From: a phage
Reading direction: 5' to 3' (one strand)
Assembly (NCBI GenBank): GCA_012178725.1
Contig: GCA_012178725.1_3030.1
Length of the DNA: 64,000 nt
Shown: positions 27,787 through 37,001 of the stretch, one piece after another
How the letters are laid out: every line of letters begins with the position of its first letter
Position numbering within the stretch: position 1 is the stretch's first letter
Program-made: the position numbers and the translations under genes
The notes under the pieces: generated by a model
Databases searched by the model: none
Seen by the model: the letters and a program-made list of their open reading frames with translations, nothing else
Told to the model about the DNA's origin: nothing

Positions 27787-29106
27787 TCACACATAAAACA
27801 CATCATAACGACCACGAGTGACACCAACATAAAGAAGCTGCTGAGCTAATTCAGCATCTGCATAATGAATACAAGGCGTATAAATGAAAGCACGGTCTAC
27901 AGACATACCCTGCGCTTTATGGAATGTTGATGCAGGAAGTGCTTTCACTTTACTAAACTGTGATTTAGCATCCCAAAAATCGCTCCACGGAGCTTTTCCG
28001 CCTTTGTTCCAATTTTTATAAGTTTCTGCTGTTTTACCTAAAAATAGGTTAAACTTATACAATTCTTCATCAGATGAAATTATTTTAATCTTTTCACGAT
28101 AATATTCATCATCGCCATAAGTTTCTACTGTTAAATCCCAATGACGAATTAAGTATTCCCCAGAAACACCACGAGCTTTAACAAACGTTGATGTATACTC
28201 TGCTTCTATAATACGAACTAATTGTCCGTTATTAAAAATAATTTCTGACACAGGCTTTCCATCAATTTTATATGTTTTAATTAATGGTTCCTGCATTACA
28301 ATAATTTCACCGACAATAAAATCTTTATCAGTTTCAAAAATCTTTTTACGAATGATGTTATTTAACTTGTCAACAGATTTATTCGTAAATGCCATTACGC
28401 GATTTTCAAACAAATCATCTAGTGATTTTACGATTGAAAAATAATTTACCATAAAATCGCGTAAAGCAGTATCACCAGTAAATCCACGTACTCCATGCCC
28501 GTCAACAACTTTGTCATAAATCCACTTACCGTTGCGAACGTCAGTAGCTACATCAATAATAGGAGCATTACTGCGTTTAACTTCAGTGAGTTCACACTGA
28601 TAAAAATCTTTATGTGTAAAGAATGGACTGATATAAGCAGTATTTTCTCCTGGGTCAACAGGTCTAATTTGCTTATTATCACCTATTCCAATTATAGTAC
28701 ACCACGGCGGGATAGTTGAAAGCAGAATTTTAAATAGCTTTCTATCATACATTGACACTTCATCGCAGATTAATACCCTGCATTTAGCTAAATCTGGTAC
28801 TTCCTTCTGCTCAAAAAGAACGTTTTCTTCATATGTTACTGGGTTAATTTTAAGAATACTATGAATAGTACTTGCTTCTTTCCCTGATAGTTTTGAAAGA
28901 ATCTTTTTAGCTGCATGAGTAGGAGCTGCTAAAATAATACCAGTTTCACCCGTAGATATTAAAGCTTCAATGATGAATTTGGTAAGAGTAGTCTTACCGG
29001 TGCCAGCAGGTCCATTAATAGTTACATGATGTTTCTTTTCTTTAATAGCCTTCATAACAATGTTAAAGGCATTTTTCTGGCCTTCGGTCAAATCATCAAA
29101 TGTCAT
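27787..29106 (-). CDS. dda: DNA helicase Dda
   Basis: 439-aa ORF with Walker A GPAGTGKTT; length as T4 Dda. Confidence 0.95.
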   Translation of the reverse strand: MTFDDLTEGQKNAFNIVMKAIKEKKHHVTINGPAGTGKTTLTKFIIEALISTGETGIILAAPTHAAKKILSKLSGKEASTIHSILKINPVTYEENVLFEQKEVPDLAKCRVLICDEVSMYDRKLFKILLSTIPPWCTIIGIGDNKQIRPVDPGENTAYISPFFTHKDFYQCELTEVKRSNAPIIDVATDVRNGKWIYDKVVDGHGVRGFTGDTALRDFMVNYFSIVKSLDDLFENRVMAFTNKSVDKLNNIIRKKIFETDKDFIVGEIIVMQEPLIKTYKIDGKPVSEIIFNNGQLVRIIEAEYTSTFVKARGVSGEYLIRHWDLTVETYGDDEYYREKIKIISSDEELYKFNLFLGKTAETYKNWNKGGKAPWSDFWDAKSQFSKVKALPASTFHKAQGMSVDRAFIYTPCIHYADAELAQQLLYVGVTRGRYDVFYV

Positions 29107-29414
29107 CGTAAATTCCCTGCAATTGGTATACTAACAATACGCCCAGTATCTAAAATTCGCTGATATAATCTTTGTGTGTCTACGTCAGGCTTAACATGTT
29201 TAACTTCTATTTTATTAAACCAAAACTTACGTGGAGTCTCAACTAATCTTGGAATTCCCTTACCTAAAGCTAGTCGATACTGTTCTTTAAGAGTAGTAAA
29301 TACTTTATCAGCAATCTTCCATTCAAAAAATACAGCAGGACGATGTTCATCAAGCGGAACTGGCGCCGTAAATCCGTCTTTGTCTCGGTAAACTATCGCA
29401 TATACATAAACCAT
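29103..29414 (-). CDS. Hypothetical protein (103 aa), dda.1 position
   Basis: ATGA overlap with dda. Confidence 0.6.
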   Translation of the reverse strand: MVYVYAIVYRDKDGFTAPVPLDEHRPAVFFEWKIADKVFTTLKEQYRLALGKGIPRLVETPRKFWFNKIEVKHVKPDVDTQRLYQRILDTGRIVSIPIAGNLR

Positions 29415-29415
29415 A

Positions 29416-30162
29416 TTATCCTCGGATAAGTTTAAAAATTGAACAATTTAGCGGGTATCCTCTTTTCAGTTTAAGTTTATCAATAAAAGACAAGTTTTGA
29501 TACCGCTCTACACCTTGAATAATTTTATCACACATATCATATTGCATTTCTGCTTCTGACAACTTTTTCACAATTTTCCAATCCGAGCCTTTAAGAAGAA
29601 CGTTCAGTTTAACAACTTCAGCGCCTTCTGCTATGCGAGAACCATCAATACGAGCTTTAAGTGCTATAATCCTTAGCTTAATGTCAGAGGTCTGTTTTGA
29701 TTTAGAAAGCTGAGAAATGTGTTCAATTCGATTTTCACGTTTTTTCTGTATAGCTTTAATTTGATTATAAGTCTTTTTGATTTTAGCCCATTTCTTTTCA
29801 TCTAAATTTAGTTTATGAACTTTTTTCGCAGATGAACGACCAATTCGCAAAGCAAATAAATCCCGTTTTTCAATTAACTCCTCTAAAGTATAATCAGAAC
29901 GAAATGTATTATACTTTTTCTTTACTGCAATAACATTCCCTTTAATGTATCCAACGTTATTATCAAAACGTTCTAATGATAATTTCTCTCCTTCAATACG
30001 ATTATCAAAAGGTTCTCCCGAGTAAGCACAAACTTTTTGATCTAAAATGTTCTTAATGTAATTGAAGTCTAAGTTAAAATCTTTAGAACGTCTTTTTGCA
30101 GATGCCTGAGTATGCTCTAAACGACGTTTAATTTTACGAATTTGGTTATTAGACAGCTTCAT
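29416..30162 (-). CDS. srd: Srd-position protein (248 aa)
   Basis: Basic ORF between dda.1 and modA as in T4; identity by synteny and size only. Confidence 0.6.
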   Translation of the reverse strand: MKLSNNQIRKIKRRLEHTQASAKRRSKDFNLDFNYIKNILDQKVCAYSGEPFDNRIEGEKLSLERFDNNVGYIKGNVIAVKKKYNTFRSDYTLEELIEKRDLFALRIGRSSAKKVHKLNLDEKKWAKIKKTYNQIKAIQKKRENRIEHISQLSKSKQTSDIKLRIIALKARIDGSRIAEGAEVVKLNVLLKGSDWKIVKKLSEAEMQYDMCDKIIQGVERYQNLSFIDKLKLKRGYPLNCSIFKLIRG

Positions 30163-30198
30163 ATTTTTCTCACATCTTACGGACGGTTAACTACTTAT

Positions 30199-30228
30199 AC
30201 TATAACATTTTTACTTCAGCTTGTAAAC
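30199..30228 (-). promoter_or_regulatory. Early promoter (GTTTAC-N18-TATAGT) upstream of srd
   Basis: Reverse strand reads GTTTACaagctgaagtaaaaatgtTATAGT. Confidence 0.55.
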
Positions 30229-30285
30229 AACTTTATGTAAAAATGCTTTAAAAATTTCATGGTATAATGAATCTAAGTCCTTCCA

Positions 30286-30888
30286 TTATAGATTAAATCC
30301 TTCAAAATCAAGAGTATAGATAGTGTATGTTGAATACTTTTTGTACTCATATCTATCTGCAATTCTAAATACACTTCCAGCTGGTATCATTACTTCTTGT
30401 TCATCTGAAACTAATTCCATATTACGATAACGATGGCTATCCGGAAACTTAAAGTTTGGATTGTATTCTTTACAGCGCAGAGCTTTTATAGCATACTCCT
30501 GGAAATTGAATACCATAGGAGCTTTGAATTCAAAAATAACTTGTGTGTTATACTCTAAACCAGAAGCAAAATGTAGAGCTATATTTTTATCATATGAAGC
30601 TGATACGACTTTATCAAATGTAATAATATCAATTCCTTGATTTAACACCTGCTTAGTCTCAGCTGGAACACCTCTCCAAAGAGGTTTATCGTTTGGAACC
30701 AAACGAGATTTGATTATTTCATTTAACCAAGTATGGTCATCTGGCTTATTAGTAATACAATGAATTAAAAGTTCAATTTCAGATAAATTAAACCCTTCAG
30801 AAAGTAATTCTTCACGAATAGAAGCACGCACCGATGCATCCATTGATTTTATTTTAAAATCTTTTAGTTGCATTACTGAGTATTTCAT
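30286..30888 (-). CDS. modA: ADP-ribosyltransferase ModA
   Basis: 200-aa ORF with R-S-E motifs (LWRG, SAS, EQEVMIPAGS); length as T4 ModA. Confidence 0.88.
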   Translation of the reverse strand: MKYSVMQLKDFKIKSMDASVRASIREELLSEGFNLSEIELLIHCITNKPDDHTWLNEIIKSRLVPNDKPLWRGVPAETKQVLNQGIDIITFDKVVSASYDKNIALHFASGLEYNTQVIFEFKAPMVFNFQEYAIKALRCKEYNPNFKFPDSHRYRNMELVSDEQEVMIPAGSVFRIADRYEYKKYSTYTIYTLDFEGFNL

Positions 30889-31508
30889 TCAACTACCTCA
30901 ATATCATAAACTTTAAATGTTCCAAATGAATCGTGTAATTTTTCTTTTGAAATAGAAGTTATTCTATACTTTCCAATTGGAATCATCCATTCTTGTTCAC
31001 GCACAATCATCATTAAGTTATCAGTACGCTCTGAATCTAATCCATCAGTATCTTCATACGTGTACTTAAACTCAGTATTAGGAGAAGAAAGTATAATATC
31101 GCTGATATGGTCAGAATAATTAAAAGCTTTATTAGTTTTTAAGCGAAGTATTATTTTAGTAAAATATTCAGCATAAGAAAAAGAACATGCTGTGAGCAAA
31201 CTAGTAGTAAATGAATCTACTCTATTCGTTGAAAACACTTCTCCAACTTGTAAATCTTTAATAAGTTCTTCTGTTGATTTTGATATACCACGATATAGCT
31301 GATAAGGAGATTTAGTTAAATGCTTTTTAATGATTTTATTCAACTGCCTATGAAGAGCTTCATTCTTTTTGGCTTCCATACATTGCCAAAGAATTGACTG
31401 TTCAAAGTCAGTAAATTTTTCACAGACCTTTTTATACATATCATATTGAAAATCAACGCTTTCAGCTTTTATAGATAACTGTTCAACATCTGCAAGATTA
31501 ATAATCAT
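30885..31508 (-). CDS. modB: ADP-ribosyltransferase ModB
   Basis: 207-aa ORF with LYRG and EQEWMIPIG motifs; ATGA overlap with modA. Confidence 0.88.
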   Translation of the reverse strand: MIINLADVEQLSIKAESVDFQYDMYKKVCEKFTDFEQSILWQCMEAKKNEALHRQLNKIIKKHLTKSPYQLYRGISKSTEELIKDLQVGEVFSTNRVDSFTTSLLTACSFSYAEYFTKIILRLKTNKAFNYSDHISDIILSSPNTEFKYTYEDTDGLDSERTDNLMMIVREQEWMIPIGKYRITSISKEKLHDSFGTFKVYDIEVVE

Positions 31509-31534
31509 GATAGCCTCCGTATACTTCAGAAGCT

Positions 31535-31564
31535 ATCATATCATTGTTAGAAAGGAAAGTAAAC
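31535..31564 (-). promoter_or_regulatory. Early promoter (GTTTAC-N18-TATGAT) upstream of modB
   Basis: Reverse strand reads GTTTACtttcctttctaacaatgaTATGAT. Confidence 0.55.
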
Positions 31565-31575
31565 AACTTTTTGAA

Positions 31576-31758
31576 TTATTTTGCCCAGGGAGCCCAAGGC
31601 GGAGGGTCAAGATGGTATGAAGCTAGTTCTTCTAGAAGAGCATCTGGGGCTTCAATTCCATAATTCTGTAATACTATACGGTACTCTTTCTTATAATCAC
31701 TAGAATCATTCTGGATATTCGTAGAATGATTATCTTCTAACATCTCAAATAAATCCAT
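31576..31758 (-). CDS. Hypothetical protein (60 aa)
   Basis: Short acidic ORF. Confidence 0.45.
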   Translation of the reverse strand: MDLFEMLEDNHSTNIQNDSSDYKKEYRIVLQNYGIEAPDALLEELASYHLDPPPWAPWAK

Positions 31759-31766
31759 ATTAATTC

Positions 31767-32237
31767 CTAGCGATAAAAACCAAAGTGACGATTAGCTTCA
31801 ACAATCTTTCTTTCTTCTTCAGACATTCTCCAGCGTAGTCCAACATCAAAATGAGCCCAGACCATCCTAACAAATGCATTTATATCTTTAATATCTTCAA
31901 TAATGAATGTTTTACTTTTAAAAGGTTGACTCGCTAATTTAACTTTATCGTCTTCAAACATGTCAAAAAGACCATATTCATGAGCTCTTTTATAGCCTTT
32001 AATAGTTAAAGCTTCAGAAGAAGAAAATGGTGAATCTGTATTCTGCAAAATATCTTCAGTATGCTTTATAATTAGAATAACATTTTCTGGATATTTTCTT
32101 TCTTTTATATCTTTAATTAAAATATCCGGATTTTCTGCTAAAGGAATAATTAACGAGCATTTTTTATCAAGTGTATTTACTGATTTACCTTCTTTAGACA
32201 TAAATTCTATTGAATAATGTTTTGCTACTTCAATCAT
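31767..32237 (-). CDS. Hypothetical protein (156 aa), mrh region
   Basis: ORF in operon orientation. Confidence 0.55.
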   Translation of the reverse strand: MIEVAKHYSIEFMSKEGKSVNTLDKKCSLIIPLAENPDILIKDIKERKYPENVILIIKHTEDILQNTDSPFSSSEALTIKGYKRAHEYGLFDMFEDDKVKLASQPFKSKTFIIEDIKDINAFVRMVWAHFDVGLRWRMSEEERKIVEANRHFGFYR

Positions 32238-32394
32238 GTGATTTCCTTTTGCCTACTAATGGACCATCAGGAATTTTGTTTTCCTGGATATATTTCTCAT
32301 TTTCTTCCATCATTTTACTGCCAATTTTAAGAAGCAAATCCAAGGCTTCATTTGCTTTAGCCTTTGCCTCTTCTAACGTCATATCTTTGGTCAT
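32230..32394 (-). CDS. Small ORF (54 aa)
   Basis: Hand-called [25 protein letters not shown]...; ATGA overlap with upstream stop. Confidence 0.35.
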   Translation of the reverse strand: MTKDMTLEEAKAKANEALDLLLKIGSKMMEENEKYIQENKIPDGPLVGKRKSHD

Positions 32395-32594
32395 GATTTA
32401 TCACCATAGATGTCTCTCATCAATTTAAGCGCTGAGCGTTCTAATTTCTTTTCTTTCTCAGCACTAATCATTGATTTCATCCATTCTTCTGACTCGTTCT
32501 GCATTTCTTTATTTGCCTGTTCAACCCAACCATCATCAATATACATTGAGTTTGGTCTATTGAACCATTCAAGAATCTTCTTGAGAGCTTTCAT
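32391..32594 (-). CDS. Hypothetical protein (67 aa)
   Basis: ORF in operon orientation. Confidence 0.5.
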   Translation of the reverse strand: MKALKKILEWFNRPNSMYIDDGWVEQANKEMQNESEEWMKSMISAEKEKKLERSALKLMRDIYGDKS

Positions 32595-33063
32595 TTATTT
32601 TACCTAAAACAATAGTAGGAGCATCGTCAAATTTATGAATTTTTAGCAAATTTGGATTTAACTTATTCCATAAAGAGGTAATAAAATATGATAGCGCACT
32701 TTCGTCCGTAATTATAAATTTATTTCCTTTATCTATTTTCCAATCATATATTGAATCATATGAATAGAAGGATAACGGTTTATTATAATATGCTTCACTA
32801 ACATCAATATAGTTAGATTTAGTAAATGCTTGAATTGCCATAAATGGAGAATTTTGTACAGTTTCAATAATTCCGATCTTTTTAAGTTTTATTTCAACAT
32901 CTTCTGGAATTGGCATTGAAATAAAATCTTCTACTAGATACATATTATTGTCATATCTTTTATCAATCATTACTGCTACGGTAATTGGAACATCCTTAAC
33001 AAACGCCATACTAATACTATTGATAGACATTTCAAACAAAATTGCTTCCATAATTTTCCTCAA
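32569..33063 (-). CDS. Hypothetical protein (164 aa), mrh position
   Basis: Size and position similar to T4 mrh; not verified. Confidence 0.55.
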   Translation of the reverse strand: MRKIMEAILFEMSINSISMAFVKDVPITVAVMIDKRYDNNMYLVEDFISMPIPEDVEIKLKKIGIIETVQNSPFMAIQAFTKSNYIDVSEAYYNKPLSFYSYDSIYDWKIDKGNKFIITDESALSYFITSLWNKLNPNLLKIHKFDDAPTIVLGKINESSQEDS

Positions 33064-33401
33064 TCACAAGATGTAGATGAACAACTAGAATCACAAGAAC
33101 TTCCACATGAATCGCCCGCCCATACATGAATAGGAACATTAGTATCATATGAATCAGAACTAGACTGTGTTTTCTGTGTGTTAGATGATGTAGTAGGTAC
33201 TGACCAGCGCCAAGGATTTTTATAATATTCTTGGGCTTCTTCATAAGTCATAGTAACTGCTTCTACTGTTCCATCTCCCATATAAACATACTCAACTACA
33301 GTTAAAGGAAGATAGTCATTTGAAATAGGAACTACACCTTCTCCCGGAGTTGTAGAGAAAAAATCTGTAAAGAAATTTTTAAACCAATTAAAGATAAACA
33401 T
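33060..33401 (-). CDS. Hypothetical protein (113 aa) with Cys/Ser-rich C-terminal tail
   Basis: C-terminus [20 protein letters not shown]. Confidence 0.55.
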   Translation of the reverse strand: MFIFNWFKNFFTDFFSTTPGEGVVPISNDYLPLTVVEYVYMGDGTVEAVTMTYEEAQEYYKNPWRWSVPTTSSNTQKTQSSSDSYDTNVPIHVWAGDSCGSSCDSSCSSTSCD

Positions 33402-33607
33402 TACAAAAAGCCTCTTTTGAATTCGACTTGCTTCTTACCATAATCATACCGAATCTCTGCATTAAATTCGACAGAACCATCTGCGTACATCATAAATGAA
33501 TGCACAACAACTTCTGTAGACCATGGCTGTAGTTCATATTTCTTCATTACATGCCGTGAAATGATAATATCTAAATCTTCATTTGGTTTAATCCAACGAT
33601 TTAACAT
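33401..33607 (-). CDS. Hypothetical protein (68 aa)
   Basis: First gene after an early promoter. Confidence 0.5.
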   Translation of the reverse strand: MLNRWIKPNEDLDIIISRHVMKKYELQPWSTEVVVHSFMMYADGSVEFNAEIRYDYGKKQVEFKRGFL

Positions 33608-33633
33608 AGCGCTCTCCTCTATAAGATAATTTT

Positions 33634-33663
33634 ATTATACCATACTCATTTTGGAAAGTAAAC
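33634..33663 (-). promoter_or_regulatory. Early promoter (GTTTAC-N18-TATAAT)
   Basis: Reverse strand reads GTTTACtttccaaaatgagtatggTATAAT. Confidence 0.6.
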
Positions 33664-33698
33664 CATTTAAATGAAAAAAGGACTCCCGAAGGAGTCCT
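33664..33698 (-). terminator. Intrinsic terminator after soc
   Basis: aggactcc-UUCG-ggagtcct then TTTTTTCATTT on the - strand. Confidence 0.65.
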
Positions 33699-33703
33699 TA
33701 AAT

Positions 33704-33949
33704 TTATTCACCAGTTACTTTCCACAAATCTTCATTTGCAGCAATCCATTCAGTACGTTGATTTTCTTCATATACTGTAGAATATGCTGCTTTTTCTGAA
33801 GGGAATGTCTGGTAATGTGCACCAGAAATTTTGTGAACGTCAGAATAAAGAGGGAAAGCTACAGAAATTTCCTTTCCTTCAATTTTCTTATTTCCATCTA
33901 ATTTCTGCTCAAATGTTTTGATATTAACATAACCGCGAGTACTAGCCAT
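33704..33949 (-). CDS. soc: Small outer capsid protein Soc
   Basis: 81-aa ORF MASTRGYVNIKTFEQKLDGNKK..., matches T4 Soc. Confidence 0.93.
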   Translation of the reverse strand: MASTRGYVNIKTFEQKLDGNKKIEGKEISVAFPLYSDVHKISGAHYQTFPSEKAAYSTVYEENQRTEWIAANEDLWKVTGE

Positions 33950-33979
33950 GTAATTCTCCTTTTATTTAAATTACATGAT

Positions 33980-33987
33980 TATTTATA
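33980..33987 (-). promoter_or_regulatory. Late promoter (TATAAATA) for soc
   Basis: Exact TATAAATA on the - strand about 30 nt upstream of the soc ATG. Confidence 0.7.
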
Positions 33988-34032
33988 ATAAATTCTCGCG
34001 GCTTTTAAGTCGTCGTTTATTTAAACGAGCTA

Positions 34033-34551
34033 TTAATAGCCTCGGTCTTGACGAGCGAAATTTTCAGCATTTTTCAGATAATAAAGTTTAAATATTTCTT
34101 CAGCTGACATTCCAAGAGCAATAAATTTATTCATGAAAAAGTGAAATTGGTCAATCAGTTCAAATTTAATTTCAAGCTGATCTTCAGGAGATAAGTCTTG
34201 AATTTTCTTGGATTGCATTTCAGAATAACGTTTCTTCCAAGGTTTCCATACGGCAGAAGCTTCTTTTTCACCATTACTCATACCACCAAGAGAAGTATAT
34301 AGCTCGCGAGTTTCATCTGCGATATAATCGTCTTGGTTTCGCAACCAAGCAAGAACTTCTCCTGCAGTTTCAAGTGAATCAGGATGACGATTTGTTTCTG
34401 GTTTATCATTAGCCAAACGAATCTGTAAATGCCGCTGCATATCAAGCATAACCTGCAGTGGGTCAATATTGTGCATAATATTCTCAGCATATGCACGAGT
34501 TGCTTTATCAACACCTTCGATCAAATGAGCGCATTCATTAAAGTGAGCCAT
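34033..34551 (-). CDS. 56: dCTPase/dUTPase gp56
   Basis: ORF-track frame trimmed to MAHFNECAHLIEGVD (172 aa, AGGAAA ribosome-binding site); matches T4 gp56. Confidence 0.9.
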   Translation of the reverse strand: MAHFNECAHLIEGVDKATRAYAENIMHNIDPLQVMLDMQRHLQIRLANDKPETNRHPDSLETAGEVLAWLRNQDDYIADETRELYTSLGGMSNGEKEASAVWKPWKKRYSEMQSKKIQDLSPEDQLEIKFELIDQFHFFMNKFIALGMSAEEIFKLYYLKNAENFARQDRGY

Positions 34552-34622
34552 TATTTTTCCTTTCAATTCATGGGTTAGTAGATTAATTATACAATAAATA
34601 TATAAAGCAATAAGGAGGACAT

Positions 34623-34823
34623 ATGGTACAAAAATTAATGGCACTTGTTAATGCCATAAAAGGTAATAAAAAACGTATAGCTTTTACTATTTCTGCTATG
34701 GTAGGAATTTTACTCTGGAACTTTATTCTATCACCTGTTGCAATTGCACATGGTATTAATATTCCAGTAGTTACTCTTGATACATTTGTAGATTTAGCAT
34801 TTGCTTTAGTTGGGTTGATTTAA
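34623..34823 (+). CDS. Small membrane protein (66 aa), divergent orientation
   Basis: AAGGAGG ribosome-binding site 5 nt before ATG; two hydrophobic segments; stop overlaps the gene 61 stop (TTAA). Confidence 0.55.
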   Translation: MVQKLMALVNAIKGNKKRIAFTISAMVGILLWNFILSPVAIAHGINIPVVTLDTFVDLAFALVGLI

Positions 34824-35848
34824 ATCTTAGCATATTTAGATAGCCGCATTTTAGCCATCAACCCCTGGGCAATATTATTTTTCATATATTCCATAATTTG
34901 TTCAGGGGTTGCACCTTCCTTTCTAATCATATCATTAACATCTTTTGATTTCCAGGGAGATTTATCCCAAAACATAACCCTTTCTCCTGCATCAACTAAT
35001 TTAGTCATTCGCTTAATAGTGTCAGGATGACGAGGTTCATTATCTAAAACCCACACTCGTCTATCTTTAAATGGAACAACTTCTAGGTCTAATTGACCAC
35101 CCGTAATAGCTATACCATTTTCAATAAAAAGTGAATCTATAGGTCCTTCTAGAACATATACATCACCATCTTTAACTCGTTCGACTCCATAGATTTTTGT
35201 TGCTTCAGGATAAGCTTTGATGGTGATATATTTTTGGGGAGCATCTTTCTTTAATGCACGTCCTTGAAAAGACTCAGCTTTTCCATTAGCATTATAAATT
35301 GGAATAACAAGACGAGGCTCAGGTATTTCCTTTTTATATGTTCCCGGTGCTATACTATTAACTAATTTAGGCCATTCGGTTGTAAACCAAAGATATTTCC
35401 ATTTATCCTTTGGAATACAACGAGCTTTTACATATTTTATAATTGGATGGTCTTCCGCCAATTTATCTAATCTAACACATGACAGAAGAGATTTAATTAT
35501 TTTCTTCTCAGGTTGTTTAGGAAGTTCTTTAGGTTTTTCTACTGGACGACTTTTACCTTTTTCTTTTCTTATTTCAAAGATATACTCACGATATAAATCG
35601 GGTTCAAACTCCTTTAAATATATTCCGATTGGCGCATGATAGTTACAGTTATAACAATGAATATTTCCTTCATTATTATCGCCATAATACCATCCACGAG
35701 CTTTATTCTGGTCGGTTTTTGAATCTCCACAAACAGGGCATCTAAACCGTAATTTAAAAGTTGAACTATTATTTACTTGTGTGAATTTAGGTAAATGAGC
35801 TAATGCACGGTATGCAAACTCATTATCAATCCAAGGTATTGATGACAT
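34820..35848 (-). CDS. 61: DNA primase gp61
   Basis: 342-aa ORF with zinc ribbon (CPVC...CYNC) and Toprim region; length as T4 gp61. Confidence 0.95.
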   Translation of the reverse strand: MSSIPWIDNEFAYRALAHLPKFTQVNNSSTFKLRFRCPVCGDSKTDQNKARGWYYGDNNEGNIHCYNCNYHAPIGIYLKEFEPDLYREYIFEIRKEKGKSRPVEKPKELPKQPEKKIIKSLLSCVRLDKLAEDHPIIKYVKARCIPKDKWKYLWFTTEWPKLVNSIAPGTYKKEIPEPRLVIPIYNANGKAESFQGRALKKDAPQKYITIKAYPEATKIYGVERVKDGDVYVLEGPIDSLFIENGIAITGGQLDLEVVPFKDRRVWVLDNEPRHPDTIKRMTKLVDAGERVMFWDKSPWKSKDVNDMIRKEGATPEQIMEYMKNNIAQGLMAKMRLSKYAKI

Positions 35849-35850
35849 TT

Positions 35851-36015
35851 TTACTCTTCTTTTTCTTTAGATTCCTCTTTTTTCTTTTTAGGAATCTGTT
35901 CAGGACCTTTATTTACTACAGCGCCTGATGTTGTTCCAGTAGAGATATTTTCAGGATTACCACCTGAATCTCCAGCGACCATATCTTCTTTGATAAATTC
36001 TTTATATGTTTTCAT
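35851..36015 (-). CDS. Small ORF (54 aa), 61.1 position
   Basis: Hand-called MKTYKEFIKEDMVAGDSGGNPENIS...; start inside a 49-bp repeat. Confidence 0.4.
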   Translation of the reverse strand: MKTYKEFIKEDMVAGDSGGNPENISTGTTSGAVVNKGPEQIPKKKKEESKEKEE

Positions 36016-36061
36016 ATTAACCTCTATTCATAAAAGCATTAAAAATTTGGTCATCAATAGA
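36013..36061 (-). repeat. Direct repeat copy 1 (49 bp): gene tail, stop and next ATG
   Basis: catattaaCctctattcataaaagcattaaaaatttggtcatcaataga; 48/49 identical to 36371-36419. Confidence 0.85.
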
Positions 36062-36373
36062 TGGTGCAGTAATATTTTCTGCATCATTTAGCAAATCATT
36101 AATTTCATCAAATAGCATAACACATGTACCTTTATTTCCTGTAATTGTTACTGCGCAATTACGAACGTTTTCTTTATTAAATTTTAGGTTAATATTTTCG
36201 TAATGAAAATCCTTTAATGCTGAATATATTTTTAAAATAAAATTGTCTTTTACTACAATAAACCCAACCTCACTATTAAAACGTGGTTCATGGAAACTGT
36301 AATAAACCTTTTCATCTATAAAATCGTATGAAATTTTTTCCATTTTTAAATATGAAAATTCAGAACTATACAT
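36017..36373 (-). CDS. Hypothetical protein (118 aa), paralog A
   Basis: Ends SIDDQIFNAFMNRG, the same tail as the neighbouring 208-aa protein. Confidence 0.55.
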   Translation of the reverse strand: MYSSEFSYLKMEKISYDFIDEKVYYSFHEPRFNSEVGFIVVKDNFILKIYSALKDFHYENINLKFNKENVRNCAVTITGNKGTCVMLFDEINDLLNDAENITAPSIDDQIFNAFMNRG

Positions 36374-36419
36374 ATTAATCTCTATTCATAAAAGCATTAA
36401 AAATTTGGTCATCAATAGA
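36371..36419 (-). repeat. Direct repeat copy 2 (49 bp)
   Basis: See copy 1. Confidence 0.85.
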
Positions 36420-37001
36420 AACATTTACTTTAGACTGTTTTTCAGATGGCAATTCATATCCACATATTACAATTTTATGATCAATATCAAAATACACAGA
36501 AGCAATATGATTAATGATATTTTCAGTGAAGTCTAAATCGACATCAATATCTTTTTGACCAAAGCCCAAAGGATAAATAATGCGAGTAATTCGATTATCT
36601 TTAACAAAGATTCCACCGACATACTCTGTACTGCGTTTAAAGTCTACACGCCGACGAAATGAAAAATATTCAGGCTCTTTATGAGCTCGGCTCATAGGAC
36701 ACAACGAATAACTAGAATAAGAGATGTCAAATCCTACGCCTTCGATATGAGCCAAAGTGTCATGATTAAACCAATTATAATCGTACGCCAAATCCATTAG
36801 ATTATAATATGTAAAAGGCACCGGATTAACATCATTAGTCACAAGCATGTAATTAGCAACTGCTATAATTTCATTGTTTTTAACGAATACAAACCGTGAT
36901 TGATGCGAATGACCTGGACCCGCGTTTTCACGATTAATGATATAACACTGGGCACCTTTATATTTGTATGTATCTTTGCACTTGTGCATTTGATAGAGCA
37001 T
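36375..37001 (-). CDS. Hypothetical protein (208 aa), paralog B
   Basis: Ends SIDDQIFNAFMNRD; 61.2 position. Confidence 0.6.
   Translation of the reverse strand: MLYQMHKCKDTYKYKGAQCYIINRENAGPGHSHQSRFVFVKNNEIIAVANYMLVTNDVNPVPFTYYNLMDLAYDYNWFNHDTLAHIEGVGFDISYSSYSLCPMSRAHKEPEYFSFRRRVDFKRSTEYVGGIFVKDNRITRIIYPLGFGQKDIDVDLDFTENIINHIASVYFDIDHKIVICGYELPSEKQSKVNVSIDDQIFNAFMNRD

Noticed and set aside
33996-34030. Possible replication origin (oriA-like) between soc and gene 56
   Set aside because: Only a weak A/T-rich palindrome (cgtttatttaaacg) is visible; an origin cannot be called from sequence alone
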